Below, piece after piece: positions 31,321 to 42,900 of a DNA stretch of 64,000 nt. Location of the stretch: the NCBI GenBank assembly GCA_964187785.1, contig OZ076409.1, positions 87,546,001-87,610,000 of the forward strand. The letters run 5' to 3'. The notes under the pieces were generated by a model. That model saw only the letters and a list, made by a program, of their open reading frames with translations. It searched no databases and was not told the origin of the DNA. The DNA comes from Amphiscolops sp. MND2022. Taxonomy: Eukaryota. A program made the position numbers and the translations under genes. Positions within the stretch are counted from its first letter, which is position 1; each line of letters begins with the position of its first letter.

Positions 31321-32984
31321 TTTTTTGACTCATCATTGGAAGATGAGGCCTGTGAGTTGGAAGATGTTGTTTTGTTTTGTGGTTTCTGCGCCTTTGAATT
31401 GGGTTTACCGTCATTAGCGTCATCTGGTCTGGTGCGTTTGGGTTTGAGATGCGCACCAGCACCTTGCCAGCATCTTTCTTCCGGGTGGTTCTTTTTACCA
31501 CAAGTGCCACACTCCGGATACGTCTTTTTCTGAGTTTGTTTGCTTTGTTGGGCATCTTTTTCCTTTTTCTTCTTCAATTTTTCACAGTCTTTGACCATAT
31601 GGCCCTTCTCCTTGCAGTAGTTGCAAGTGATGTCCGACATTTGCCCAGTAGTTAGAGGAGTCTTGGATTTTGTTGTTGAGGAGGTCATTGTGGCCATTGG
31701 TAGGTCGTCTGATTCCTCAAGGGCATTTAATTCTAACTCTCTCTCTAAATGAGCAACTATTTCATCATAAGAGCCGTTTTCGAGTCTGGCTATGTTTACG
31801 GACCGCTTCAGTTTTGGTGGCAGTTTTGCGTAGAGCAAACTGTCAATCATTTTCTGCGCGTGATCCCCGAATGCTTTTTCTGCCCCTTGATTTAATTCTT
31901 CAAGGAAATCTGGCAGTTTCATCGTGTTGGGATCGAAGACTAGACGGTGCCATTTATGTTTGGCAGTTGCCTGTGATTCGGGTTTGACGTATTTTCGTCT
32001 GAATATTACCAATACGTCCTCTAAAGTCTGTCTATTGCTCGAGCTGATGTTCCGGAAGGTTTGGAGAGCATTCTTCCTCAGCAGTGAGTGGAAGTGATTG
32101 ATTTTCATCTGTTCCGTCATTTCCGGTTGCATCTTGATCATCGTGTGGAACAGGTCCTCAAACAGCTCGAATTTTTCACTCTTGCCATCAAAAGTCATTG
32201 TGTTTGAATTGACTGGGCGTATAGTGAGTTGTTGGGCTGTCGGCCTATTCTGCATCGTTGTCAAGACATCTGCTAGTCGAGTAATAGGGTCAGCTTGAGC
32301 AGCCGGAGCATTTCTCTCTTGCGCTGGGATCGTCGTGTCAAGGTTAATATCCTCATAGGACCTGTCGAGATGGTTTCTGGATGAGATTCGTCCCGTGAGA
32401 AACTCAGGAACTTCGATTGGAGATTCGTTTTCTCCTGTCACCATGTCGTAAGCACGAGAGTATGTGGTTGTAAATCCGTCTTCGGAACGGTCGTTGGTCT
32501 GTTTATTCTTAGAATTGTTCCTAAGTTCTGAGTTTTGCAGTGCTTCGGAATATCCTTCCGGTCTCTCGGCCGGAACGTTCCATCTCTCTTTGGTCAATTG
32601 TCCCGACCCGGCCATAACTACATTTTGGATTTGAGGCAAAATTTGGCTACTAATTGCCTCATTTATGGCTCTTTGAATCTGAACACTGACACTATTCATC
32701 ATTTCGTCCATCTCTCGAGATATACGTGAATTTAACTCGCTCGACAATCTATTGATCTCAACGCTTGAACACTCTCTGATTGAATTATGGCCTAATTCGG
32801 TATTTGGACTTGGTCCATTATTTCCCGGGTTTGGGAAACCATTCTCATTCTCATCTCCAAATTCATCTCCAAATAAGCTTTCTGGCCTACCGGCCTGGTT
32901 ACTATTCACGCTTTCATTTCTTTCATTTCTTCCAAAATGGTTTTCGCCTAACATGATATCCAGATTTTCAATATCTGATAACAT
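31317..32984 (-). CDS. Gag of family B element
   Basis: FDGKSEKFELFEDLF capsid-type start; two CCHC knuckles CNYCKEKGHMVKDC and CGTCGKKNHPEERC. Confidence 0.93.
   Translation of the reverse strand: MLSDIENLDIMLGENHFGRNERNESVNSNQAGRPESLFGDEFGDENENGFPNPGNNGPSPNTELGHNSIRECSSVEINRLSSELNSRISREMDEMMNSVSVQIQRAINEAISSQILPQIQNVVMAGSGQLTKERWNVPAERPEGYSEALQNSELRNNSKNKQTNDRSEDGFTTTYSRAYDMVTGENESPIEVPEFLTGRISSRNHLDRSYEDINLDTTIPAQERNAPAAQADPITRLADVLTTMQNRPTAQQLTIRPVNSNTMTFDGKSEKFELFEDLFHTMIKMQPEMTEQMKINHFHSLLRKNALQTFRNISSSNRQTLEDVLVIFRRKYVKPESQATAKHKWHRLVFDPNTMKLPDFLEELNQGAEKAFGDHAQKMIDSLLYAKLPPKLKRSVNIARLENGSYDEIVAHLERELELNALEESDDLPMATMTSSTTKSKTPLTTGQMSDITCNYCKEKGHMVKDCEKLKKKKEKDAQQSKQTQKKTYPECGTCGKKNHPEERCWQGAGAHLKPKRTRPDDANDGKPNSKAQKPQNKTTSSNSQASSSNDESKN
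31320..31326 (-). promoter_or_regulatory. -1 ribosomal frameshift slippery site A-AAA-AAC
   Basis: TCA AAA AAC TAG at the gag end; the -1 frame is stop-free and continuous with pol. Confidence 0.85.
32432..32443 (-). promoter_or_regulatory. Primer binding site (tRNA-Leu-like) inside the gag reading frame
   Basis: TGGTGACAGGAG immediately after the 5' LTR terminal CA. Confidence 0.75.
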
Positions 32985-34282
32985 CTCAAGTCCTCTAGAC
33001 TTTCTCGCTTTCTTTTGCTTTCTAGTGGTAGGAAAACCGGAAAACTGACAAAAGTCGTTGTATTAATTCAATCTTTATCAAAGTGAAGGTATGAGATTAA
33101 TGAGCTTTTTACAGGAATATGGCTATATATACTCGTAAAAAGATGACACTCACATTCCACAAATCCTTTGATCAAGAAAACATCACATGACTATGGCCTC
33201 AACAGGTCATGTTACAAGTGTTATTACAGCATCGGGTAGGGTATTCAACACTTCAAAGCGGATATTTTAGGGTGATGTCCCAATTGGGAAAATTCCTAGT
33301 TTCAGGGTAGTCCTTAGGAATTCAACATCAAAAGAATGGTATTTAACGGAGTACACAAGCAGCACCTTCAAGTGTCATGTTTATAAACATCATCAACATT
33401 ATCTTGTCAACAAATACCAATGTCTATTGAAGGAATGCAAAAGGCATCTCTTCGGAATGCACTTGCGACACGTGTCACCACGCGCCTATTATTCAACGTA
33501 AGGGGAAGCAACTTCAAATAATACATGTCTAATCTATTTAAATATCACTGCATCATTAAATAAGAGTATAAAAGGGCCAAGATTGGCCAAATCCTGATTA
33601 ATGGTACAATACTAGGGGGAGGAAGGGTAAAAGACCTTATTCGGCCTTTGATCAGCATCTAGTTTATTTGGTCCGTTGAGGGGTGCGTTGGTATTATTTT
33701 AATAGTAAAACACCTTTGAAATGATCCCCAACTAATATGATTAACTATAAAGTACAGATAATACAGCATCACTCATTACATCAAGACGGCCTAAACCGGC
33801 CATTTGACCAAGGTACAAAACAATTCGTGGACATTAAGTTAATTGGCCGTATTCGGCCGCTACCAAATCAAAGCTATATTGCACTTGTGAATTGAAGCGC
33901 TGTGATTGGTTGAGGGAATGAGCTCAAGTGACGTTTTTGGATTATCGCTGAGCGTCACTTGAACTCGTTTCCTATACCGCTTTACAGTTGCTTATATTAG
34001 TACTGCTTTTCGATTCAATCGATTTACATTTTAACTGCGCTTTCACAAAGTAGCCTAATTTGGACATCTCCAAATTGTACAATCTTTAACAGACTAATAT
34101 TAACTTCATTCAAATATGAAACTGTTACATGAAACATACAAAACAACAACTAATCGTTAAATAAAACTAGTTTTTAAGGTCCATAACCTGTATTCAGTAT
34201 ATTGGTAGTGTACTCGGTGTTGGATTTTGTTCTCCTGCCGATGTAGTATAGTTATTTCCGTCACAGGCGGCAGCCTGCGACA
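32444..34282 (-). repeat. 5' LTR of family B element (1839 bp)
   Basis: Direct repeat of 18008-19882, lacking 18597-18632. Confidence 0.95.
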
Positions 34283-36871
34283 CGAGTTGTTTTTGTTTTT
34301 CATTTCAAAGCCTCCCATTTTCATAAAAAAGGATATTTCTGCTTATTTTCAACGTTGTTTGTTTTTTTGAGGAAGTGAATTCGTAAACTATTTACGAATC
34401 GGGAGGTTCTCAAAACAAAGAAGAAATTTTCTAACGTTTTCTTTTCAAACATTTCTTTGTTGGATTAAAAAACAAATTCGTCTCTCGAGTGTTTTGACAA
34501 GTGCTGGTAAAAAGCTATTGCTGATTAAATTATTGCGCTTTTGCGGTACATTTTAAGTACTGATTGCGACCAACGGGGAATAAAGTATGGAAGAAGAGTC
34601 GAGTAAAAGCGTCAACACAGTGGGAATCAGTTGACCTGTTATCCCAGAGGAAGCTTAGGCCACAAATAAACCTGCCGATGCGGTTGGTGCTTAGAAGTGC
34701 AAATTACCGACATCAACGTACCTCTTTAGAAGTACCACGGATTTGTGGTCTAGTATAAAAGTATAAAAGGTCATCCAGAGGAACAAAAATATACGCCGTC
34801 AATTGCAGTCACCATTAAGCAAGGGCTTTGTTGGAGCCATTTATCTCATCTCCAAGTCGGAAGTCAAAACGATCTGGGCACCGTTAGGTAATCTCCAGAG
34901 CGGAAAAGACAAGACTGAAATGCAATAATAGTTTACTGTGCAAGTAGATTAAGTTGAGCTGTATAGATGAAGTTGAAGGAGATGCATTCACGTAATCAGA
35001 TCAGATACATTACACCAATGAACGAACGAATTCGACTATTTTCCTTCGAGAAGTCAATTTTTGTTGAGCCAAGAGTCGGGCATGGATAATAGACAGATTA
35101 GATTATTCGCTTATTCAGTTGGCCAGAAAAAATTTCAATAGAATGAGCTAATGAGTTAATCCTTCTCAAAAGGCAGTTCCAAGTTGACGAAATCAACAGA
35201 ACAGTCAAAAATTCAAATACTTGTGTCTCGCAATTTCATCTATTTGGGTCGATCATCAATGAAATGTGCCCCAACGTTGCACAAGAGGACCCAAAGTTAT
35301 AAATTGTCCACACAAAATGTTAAGGCGACTAACGGAAATGGTTACCGTATTTACTCGAGAATAAGTTTTTTTTTCAAAAATATGCCCCCTGTTCTTGCAA
35401 AAGTATCTCCCGAAAATTTACAAAACCTTTCGTAGAACCTGTTCTTTTTTCGAACACTTTATATTTATAGAACAGCTGTGCTAGAATTGTACTCATATAC
35501 TTGAACTTTTTTCGTGAAGTTCAAACTTTCGTAGAAAGTAGCAGTTGCTTCTCACATATTTCCCATAAACAAAAGTATTTTCACTGCAGCGTTAAATGTT
35601 TTTTTTTTAAATTTTTTGAGAGCTAGATAGGTTCTGACTGATATTTTATCAGTCAATTGCCATTCTCTATCATTCGAAACTACAGCCTAACCCGTTTTGT
35701 TATATATTTTCAGAGAGTCGCAAAGCTTGAAGTTTTTGCTTCATTGTTTAAAACTTTGCAAAATTCTTTTCACTGCGGTAATAGGATGTAAATCATTCCA
35801 ATTTTTTTTTTCAAAATGCAACGAAGTTTTTCATATAAATTTTTTGAAAATTTGGCTCAATTGGTAGATTTTTCAAAGCAAATGGTGAAAGCAAAAGAAG
35901 TGGCGATTCTTTGATGCGTAAGTAGTACGGACATTTTTCTCAGCATAAATTTGGTTTTGAAATGGTTTTATGTTACGCTCGTTTTCTCTTGTATGATTCC
36001 CGGTTCTTTACAAGTAAACCAGCATTTAATTTGCATTTATCGCCCAATAAAAACCCAATAATTAGATCGATTTCCGAATAATTGAAACGTCTCAGGTGGT
36101 ATTACTTCCTTTCATACCATCCGTATGTAGGCGTAAAACTGTTCAATAAAGCAATTAAACTGTTCGAATAACACTTTGAACTGAAATTTTGACAACCAAG
36201 CTAATGGTTTTCGTACAAACATTTTGAATCAAAACTTAGACACCCGTGATTAAAACTGTTTGAACTTTTCACTAATTTTGTATGTTGCCAAGCAAATTTA
36301 TCACGCGTTTATAGACCTCTCACGAAATGTTTGATACTATGAAACTTCAGTTTCAATTTTATTGTATCAAGCTACCTAAAAGACGCGTCCTAAATTTGGC
36401 AGCATATTAGAGCCATGAAGTTTTATAGGTTTCATCAAGCAGTTCTATTTTTAAATGCATCTGAGACCTTAACAATTTCAAATCTTTTAAATGCAAATCT
36501 ATTTAAGACACGTTATAAGTTTCAGAGTAGCGTCACATTCAGCGTGAAATTTGAATAACGGTGGTTAAATATGTTGCGTTGTTGAGAAAAAATAATGTGT
36601 AAAGACAAGTGATCGAGACTGTGAAGAAGTATAGGAAAATTTCCAGTTTTGATTTGAGTTGTGGACGTTGCATTGACTGTAATTCTGCAAAAATTATGCA
36701 AGCAGGCGCCCTGAATTTTCCATGTTTTATAAAAAGTTAGCATTGTATGCATGAAAGCATCATGGAGAACTGCACTGCAGTTTCAACTAGGGACAGAAAG
36801 TTACTATTGTTTTAAGAACTACGATGCCATTTTTTTTAAAAAAATAGTTTTTTCACGTTCTCAGCTTCCAA

Positions 36872-37809
36872 CCTGGGTCGACCCTCCATGGATATCTTAA
36901 AAGGATCTTGGCAAAATATTGCCAAGAATTGCAAGATGTCATGGTAAGATCTTATCAAGAAAGCCATGTTCCCAAGAAAAATTTTTTGCAGAGTCCTATT
37001 TGGCCAGAAAAAAATCTGAAAAGAAGTCAACAAAAATCAACATTTTTGCAGATTTATATTGTTACAAATTAAAATTTCGTGTTAGCAAGGTATAAAATTT
37101 AATTGAAGAGACTTTATGCTGTTTATTTAGGGATGCACTGATTTAATTCTTCTATCAATTGCAAAACCGTCGACAACAATGGCGTCAGAAAAGCCTCGAG
37201 ATGAATCATTGCCCAAACCGGGCATTGACAGCCGTTTCCAGCAGTAATATGGCTGCTGAAAGAGACTCAAAGAAAGACGGAGATATGAATTTACAAAAAA
37301 GTTCCGGCTTTCTTAGTGTTCCCAGTTTAACTTTCCGATAGTGGCTTTGGAATCGACAGGAGTGATAAATGACAAGTTTTCAAAAGTCCTTGAAATGAAC
37401 GTTCATTTGGTACATTCGCATTTTTCAGTCTTAAACAGGCGAGGAATTTTTCGGATTTTCTTCAGAATTTCGGAAGCCAGAATACGTTATCGTAATTTTT
37501 CACACATTTTTGCATGCAAATTTATCTCAGCGGGTTGAAGCATTTTGGTTATGAAAACGAGTAGAAATAGTCGTTGTAGGGTGAAATGAGCCTTTAGATT
37601 GAGTCTCGGCTGCTTGTACCGAAGGTATTGGGTTTTTTACAATCTTAGAATTTTGTCCATCGTGACAAGATACGATCTTGGAATAATGTATCATCTTAGT
37701 AAGATCTTATTAGGAATCTTGCCATGGGTTCCATGTCGCCAAGATGTAGTAAGAATTTGGAAAGATCTTGCCAAGACAGCCCAGATGCTAGTAAAAGGGT
37801 CAACCCGGG
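36872..37809. mobile_element. MITE-like element with short TIRs and AAGATCTT-rich subtermini
   Basis: CCTGGGTCGACCCT ... AGGGTCAACCCGGG (12/14 inverted match); clustered AAGATCTT/CCAAG motifs at both ends. Confidence 0.55.
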
Positions 37810-39969
37810 AAGGCACCGCTCCTCTTCCCAAATAGCATACAAGAAGGGTTTTAGCATCCGAGGGAAGGTCATACTAGTCAATCTTTAAGAAATTCAATTA
37901 TCACTCAACCGTGGCTTGAGCTCAATAGCCAGGATACCCAAAATCCGTTAAGATTCGTTTTAAATTTTGTCTTTTCTCAAGAGGAAAACTCAGGGATTTA
38001 TCACAGAATAATTCTGTACGAAAGGTTTGGCAAAATCAATGTGCCTTGTTTCCAGTGCAGATTACATAAAATAGCAGAGAAAGGTTTTGCAAGCATTATT
38101 ACCCTCCAAAAAGTGTTTGTTACCCTCATACGAGAGTAGAGCTTCTAAATTGTCTACTCTTTGATTGCTGAAAAAGAATACATGAAAAAGAATTTTTCTT
38201 TGATCAAGTAACGCTAATAATTTTTTTATTTCGTCAGCCAAACTTTGGTTTTCTCAGGTAATCAGAAAAAATTCTTGGATAAAATGACAATATACAGCAC
38301 GACGATTTACCTCTCGACTTTAATGATGTAAAATGTCACTTTAAAAATGTTTTACTTGAGACTCAGTGAATTAACAGTATTCTCGCTGTTGAGAGGCAAA
38401 ATGTACATGATTAGAAGTGTGCCAACCTTGGCTTGACATTGTGAATTAGAATTTGTTGGTTAAGTACATCCAATTTTCGTATTTCCCTAAAAAGACGCCC
38501 GGTTGTCTTTTGCGTCAGAATCAGACAAAATCGATGATTTTCTAAGATTCCATCCTCAATTAAAAACGCTAATTGAAATGGCATTGAAACACCACGTAGT
38601 TCGAAAATCGTTTTTCGGAAAATTTGCAAAAGAACTACAAAGATATGCTATCAGAAATGAGCTTACCTGGAAAAAACAGGGAACGGAGATGGAGAAAATT
38701 CCAAGGTCATGGGAAATTTGTTCATTTTGTTCACGATAAAGCTTGAATGAAACACAGCAAACAAAGCCTGAACAACGTTCTTCAAAGGCTTCGAAACCTG
38801 TGATAAGACAAAGGAAGCTCATGAAAAATTGATATTGCGCAATTGATTATTCAAAGAAATTTTGAAATACTTTCACCACAGTTGGTTTGTGAATTATGGG
38901 AAATTTTCAATCCAGTGTTCAAACGCACGTAAAAAAATGTTCACGTTTATCATGAGATGGCTTTGAAGGAAAAAATTGTTTGGACTGTAGAATAAACGGC
39001 TAAACACAACGGCCGGTGTTTAAAAAATGTTCAATTTTCCTTTTCTCGCCACTGTTTTGGATAACGCGGCCGCAATTAGATTTTCAAAGCTCCAATAGAA
39101 AGAAGTTAATGTAGATCTCCAATCGATAAACACTTTCCACGTTTCGTGTTTTATGTTTCGCACAAACTATAGTTTATGGCATATAATTGGCCAGTCAAAG
39201 GAATATCAAATATATTTCACATACCATAAAGAAATCAATTTTTGTTATGTAACAATATGACTTCCTCGGCGGTTTATACACTTCTTCAGAAACGAATCAT
39301 GCTCAAAAATTGAATGAGCTATAGTTGGAAGCTATTGTTTGGATTTTTTTGTGGAACGCTGTCGAGTATGCGGTGTTATTGTAACTCAAAAGCATCCTAT
39401 GAAGCATGAATATGGTATGCATGGATTCTTGCTCAAGTGGAAATTCGGGAACCATTGATAAATTCGCGCGTTATACCAGAAAAATCCTTTTATGGAAACG
39501 GGAAAAATAGATCGTGCCTAATTGAATGATGCCTAAACAATTCAGTGTCTGACTTTAAAGTCCAGAAACGAACGTTTACGAGTATTTTTCAGTCCCAGAC
39601 ATTTCAGTCACAGACGTTTCAGCCCCAAAACTCTAAATGTTCTGAACGTCTGTAATACCCATGTTGAGCTTTCCTTGAGAATCTGTACAGATCTGTGAGC
39701 CTTTTTTCCTTGAGGATCTGTAAAGATCGTGCCACTGCTACGTAAGGACAACTGCAGATCTGTGAGGATCTTTACAGATGTTCAAAGGTTTTCTGTACAG
39801 ATTTTTCAGGAAATTTTTTCCGGAGTTTTTGGGAACAAGTGTATTTGCATTTTTGGGCTTCTTCAACAAGTATTTTTGCTAACCAAGGCTCAGTCAGTTG
39901 AAACTCTCCGTCACTCGAAATTCTTGAGCAGGAAAGTTTGCCCCCATCACGGAAATTTTGGTGTCTGGG

Positions 39970-42900
39970 TGTGGCATGAAATGGCAAAGAGAACAATACA
40001 ATTAAAATGAACATTGAACTACCTGCCACTTTTATGATGTCATGCAAGGTTAATGCGTATATGAGATACACTCTGAAAAACAACTACAATTCAGATTTGC
40101 TTTGATACTTACGCTCTAGCTTTTTAATTCACTGTATTTATCCTCTTGTTTCTCCAAGTTACTTCATGGCGCAGTCAGCAACTTGAACAAAAAGAAAAAC
40201 AATGGATAACAACAATACTGACCTCAATTCCACGGAGGACAGACCGATGTCTTCGGAACAGACAACACGGACAACCAACAACCAAACGATGTCAGAAAGA
40301 GCGGAAAAAAGCAAGTACAAGATTCCCATCTTGTCTGATAGAGAAACCGACCTTACCAAAGCCAACCCCAAGATGTGGTGGGAACAAATTTCGGAATACA
40401 TTCTTTTGACCTACAACCGAAATTTGGACGAAATTACCGATGAAGGAGTAGAATACATGGACCCCCACACGGTATACCACATAAAAAGTGACGTTATCTG
40501 GGCTCTAGGCCCAAAAGCCGAACATGAAATCATGAGAGGACAATGGGGCCGAGAAATAACAGATGTCAAATTGCCCGAATTACTGACACTATTCAAAAAA
40601 ACATTTCTCCCGGTAAGAAACGTCTTCCACAGCAGGGCCCAATTTTTCAATATGAAGCAAGATGATAACGAGACTTTAGATGAATATTGGAAGAGGCTCG
40701 TGGACATCGAGAGAAAGTGTGACTTTGGGAACATAACGGCAGAAGAAATCATCACGTACAAATTTGCAGCCACAATTAAAGACAAACGAGCCCGGGACAA
40801 ATTCATGAAGGGCCCTCTGAAAATACAATTGGTATTAGAGACCATAGAGCTTGACAATTACAACAGAAAGTACGGTGATAAAAAACCCAAAACCAAAAAA
40901 GCCAAAAAAGATTCCACAAGTAGTTCAACAAGCACCGAACTAATCGGACATACGAACCAATCACGGAAGCGGAGGACACAATTTAACGACAAAAGGAAAT
41001 TAACGAACAAAAACTGCCGCTTCTGAGGAAAGCCAAACTGGTCCATGGAACATATTTGCCCGGCACGGAGAGCACAATGCAACAATTGCAAAAAGATGGG
41101 ACACTTTGCCAAGGTTTGCAAATCCAAGACCGTAAGCCGGATAGCCGAAGTGGTTTCATCGGACAGTAACACCGAATCATGGCCGGAAGTGGACCACATT
41201 CAATCCGTGAACGGTATTAACCGAGTCGACTTCTACAAAACTATCCTATTGGTCCACGGCCAGCCAATAGAATTCACTATTGATACCGGCTCTCCAGTGA
41301 CAATTATTCCGCCAGTTATTGATTTGACCGAAGTGAAGAAAACGACAAAAACATTTGTGGACGTAAACAAGAATCCAATAAAATTCAAGGGGGAAGCCAT
41401 GGTTGAAGTGAAAACAGAAAAAAGCAGAGAGATATTTCCAATCCTAATAACAGAAAACAAAAATACTCAACCATTATTGGGCTTGGACTGGCTTGATAAA
41501 TTGGAAATTGGATTACAAGGCAGCAAGAAAACAAATGTTATTCGTCATGTGACAGAAGACGAAAGAAGAAAAAGAATCCTCAACGAATACGAAGATCTAT
41601 TCAAAAACAACCACACTATCAAAGACCTTACCATCGATATCCAATTGAAACTCTTGAAAAGGATACCAAATGGGAGTGGACACCCGAGATAGACGAAGAC
41701 TTTGAAAAGCTGAAGAAAGAGATCACAGAGGCCCCATGCCTAGCACATTTCGACCCACAGAAGGAAAACTATATCACCACAGATGCGTGCAATACCGGAC
41801 TAGGCGCAACACTATGGCAGAAAGAAGGTGAAACATTTAGACCCGTAGCATTCGCAAGTAGATTTTTAACTGATTGTGAAAAGAAATACGCAATTAATGA
41901 ACTAGAATTACTAGGGGCTCTGTGGGGTTTAGAATACTTCAGGTATTTTGTGTATGGAAAAAGAGTAAAATTGTTAACAGATCACCAGGCGTTACAACCG
42001 CTATTGAAAAAGAACCGAGCTCATAAGCAATACAGCGCGCGATTAACACGTTGGCTGGATAGATTGAGCCATTTCGATGTTAATGTCCAACACACGGCCG
42101 GTAAAAACATTCCGCTGACGGACTATTTGAGCCGTCATCCGATTATACCATCCGAGAACTAGAAAACAAAGCGGACGGATTAACTGAAGCGGAAGCCGAA
42201 GAAGAGTTCGTCATTAATCAAATATACGGCTTATTAGAATTCAACCAAAAACGCGGCAGCATAAAACAATTCACCAAAAGAAACGACACGACAGAAAAAT
42301 GCAACCAATCACAACGCGGCTCTAACACATGCGAACGAAATCAAAATACTCATTTGCTTAAAGCCTCACCGTTACCAAACAGCAGCATTCCAAACTCATT
42401 CAAAATTTTACCGTCGCCAAGCAATAAAATGGACAAAGTCAACGGAATTGAAATGGATTTTATATTTAAAAAGAGAGGTCATTCACCAGAAACGAAGCGT
42501 TCATGGATCGAAAGAAACCATATCCTGAAACCGGACAAAACTCGAATAGTGGGGAAGGGCAAAGAAAGGGAGAGAATTCAAGAATATAGACCCAATCAAG
42601 CGGGGCGAAAACGAATAGCCGAATTAAACATTGAAATTTATAACCGTTTCTTCCACTATTGCGAAACACTAAACACGACCCCTCTACAAGAATTTCAACA
42701 GAACAACAATGAATCCTGGACGAACAGTAATCAGTCCGATGGAGAAAGCCAGACGAGTCGGACAAAGCAAGACAAATGCCCCACCAACGCTTTGAGACGG
42801 TTCAAGAAACACGAAACGGTCAATCTCATTAGACTGAAGCAGACGGCCAAACTGAACACGCTAGAACCAGAACAAAATGAGAAGACCGCTGATTTACTAA

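Larger units (their letters stand above)
18008..34282 (-). mobile_element. Large (16,275 bp) Ty3/gypsy LTR retrotransposon with two extra cargo genes, family B
   Basis: LTRs 18008-19882 and 32444-34282 with TGTCG...CGACA ends; 5-bp TSD CGAGT (18003-18007 / 34283-34287); PBS; gag and pol. Confidence 0.96.

Noticed and set aside
18008..34282. Segmental/tandem duplication or misassembly explaining the 1.85-kb repeats
   Set aside because: TG..CA inverted ends, a 5-bp TSD and an adjacent PBS identify them as LTRs.
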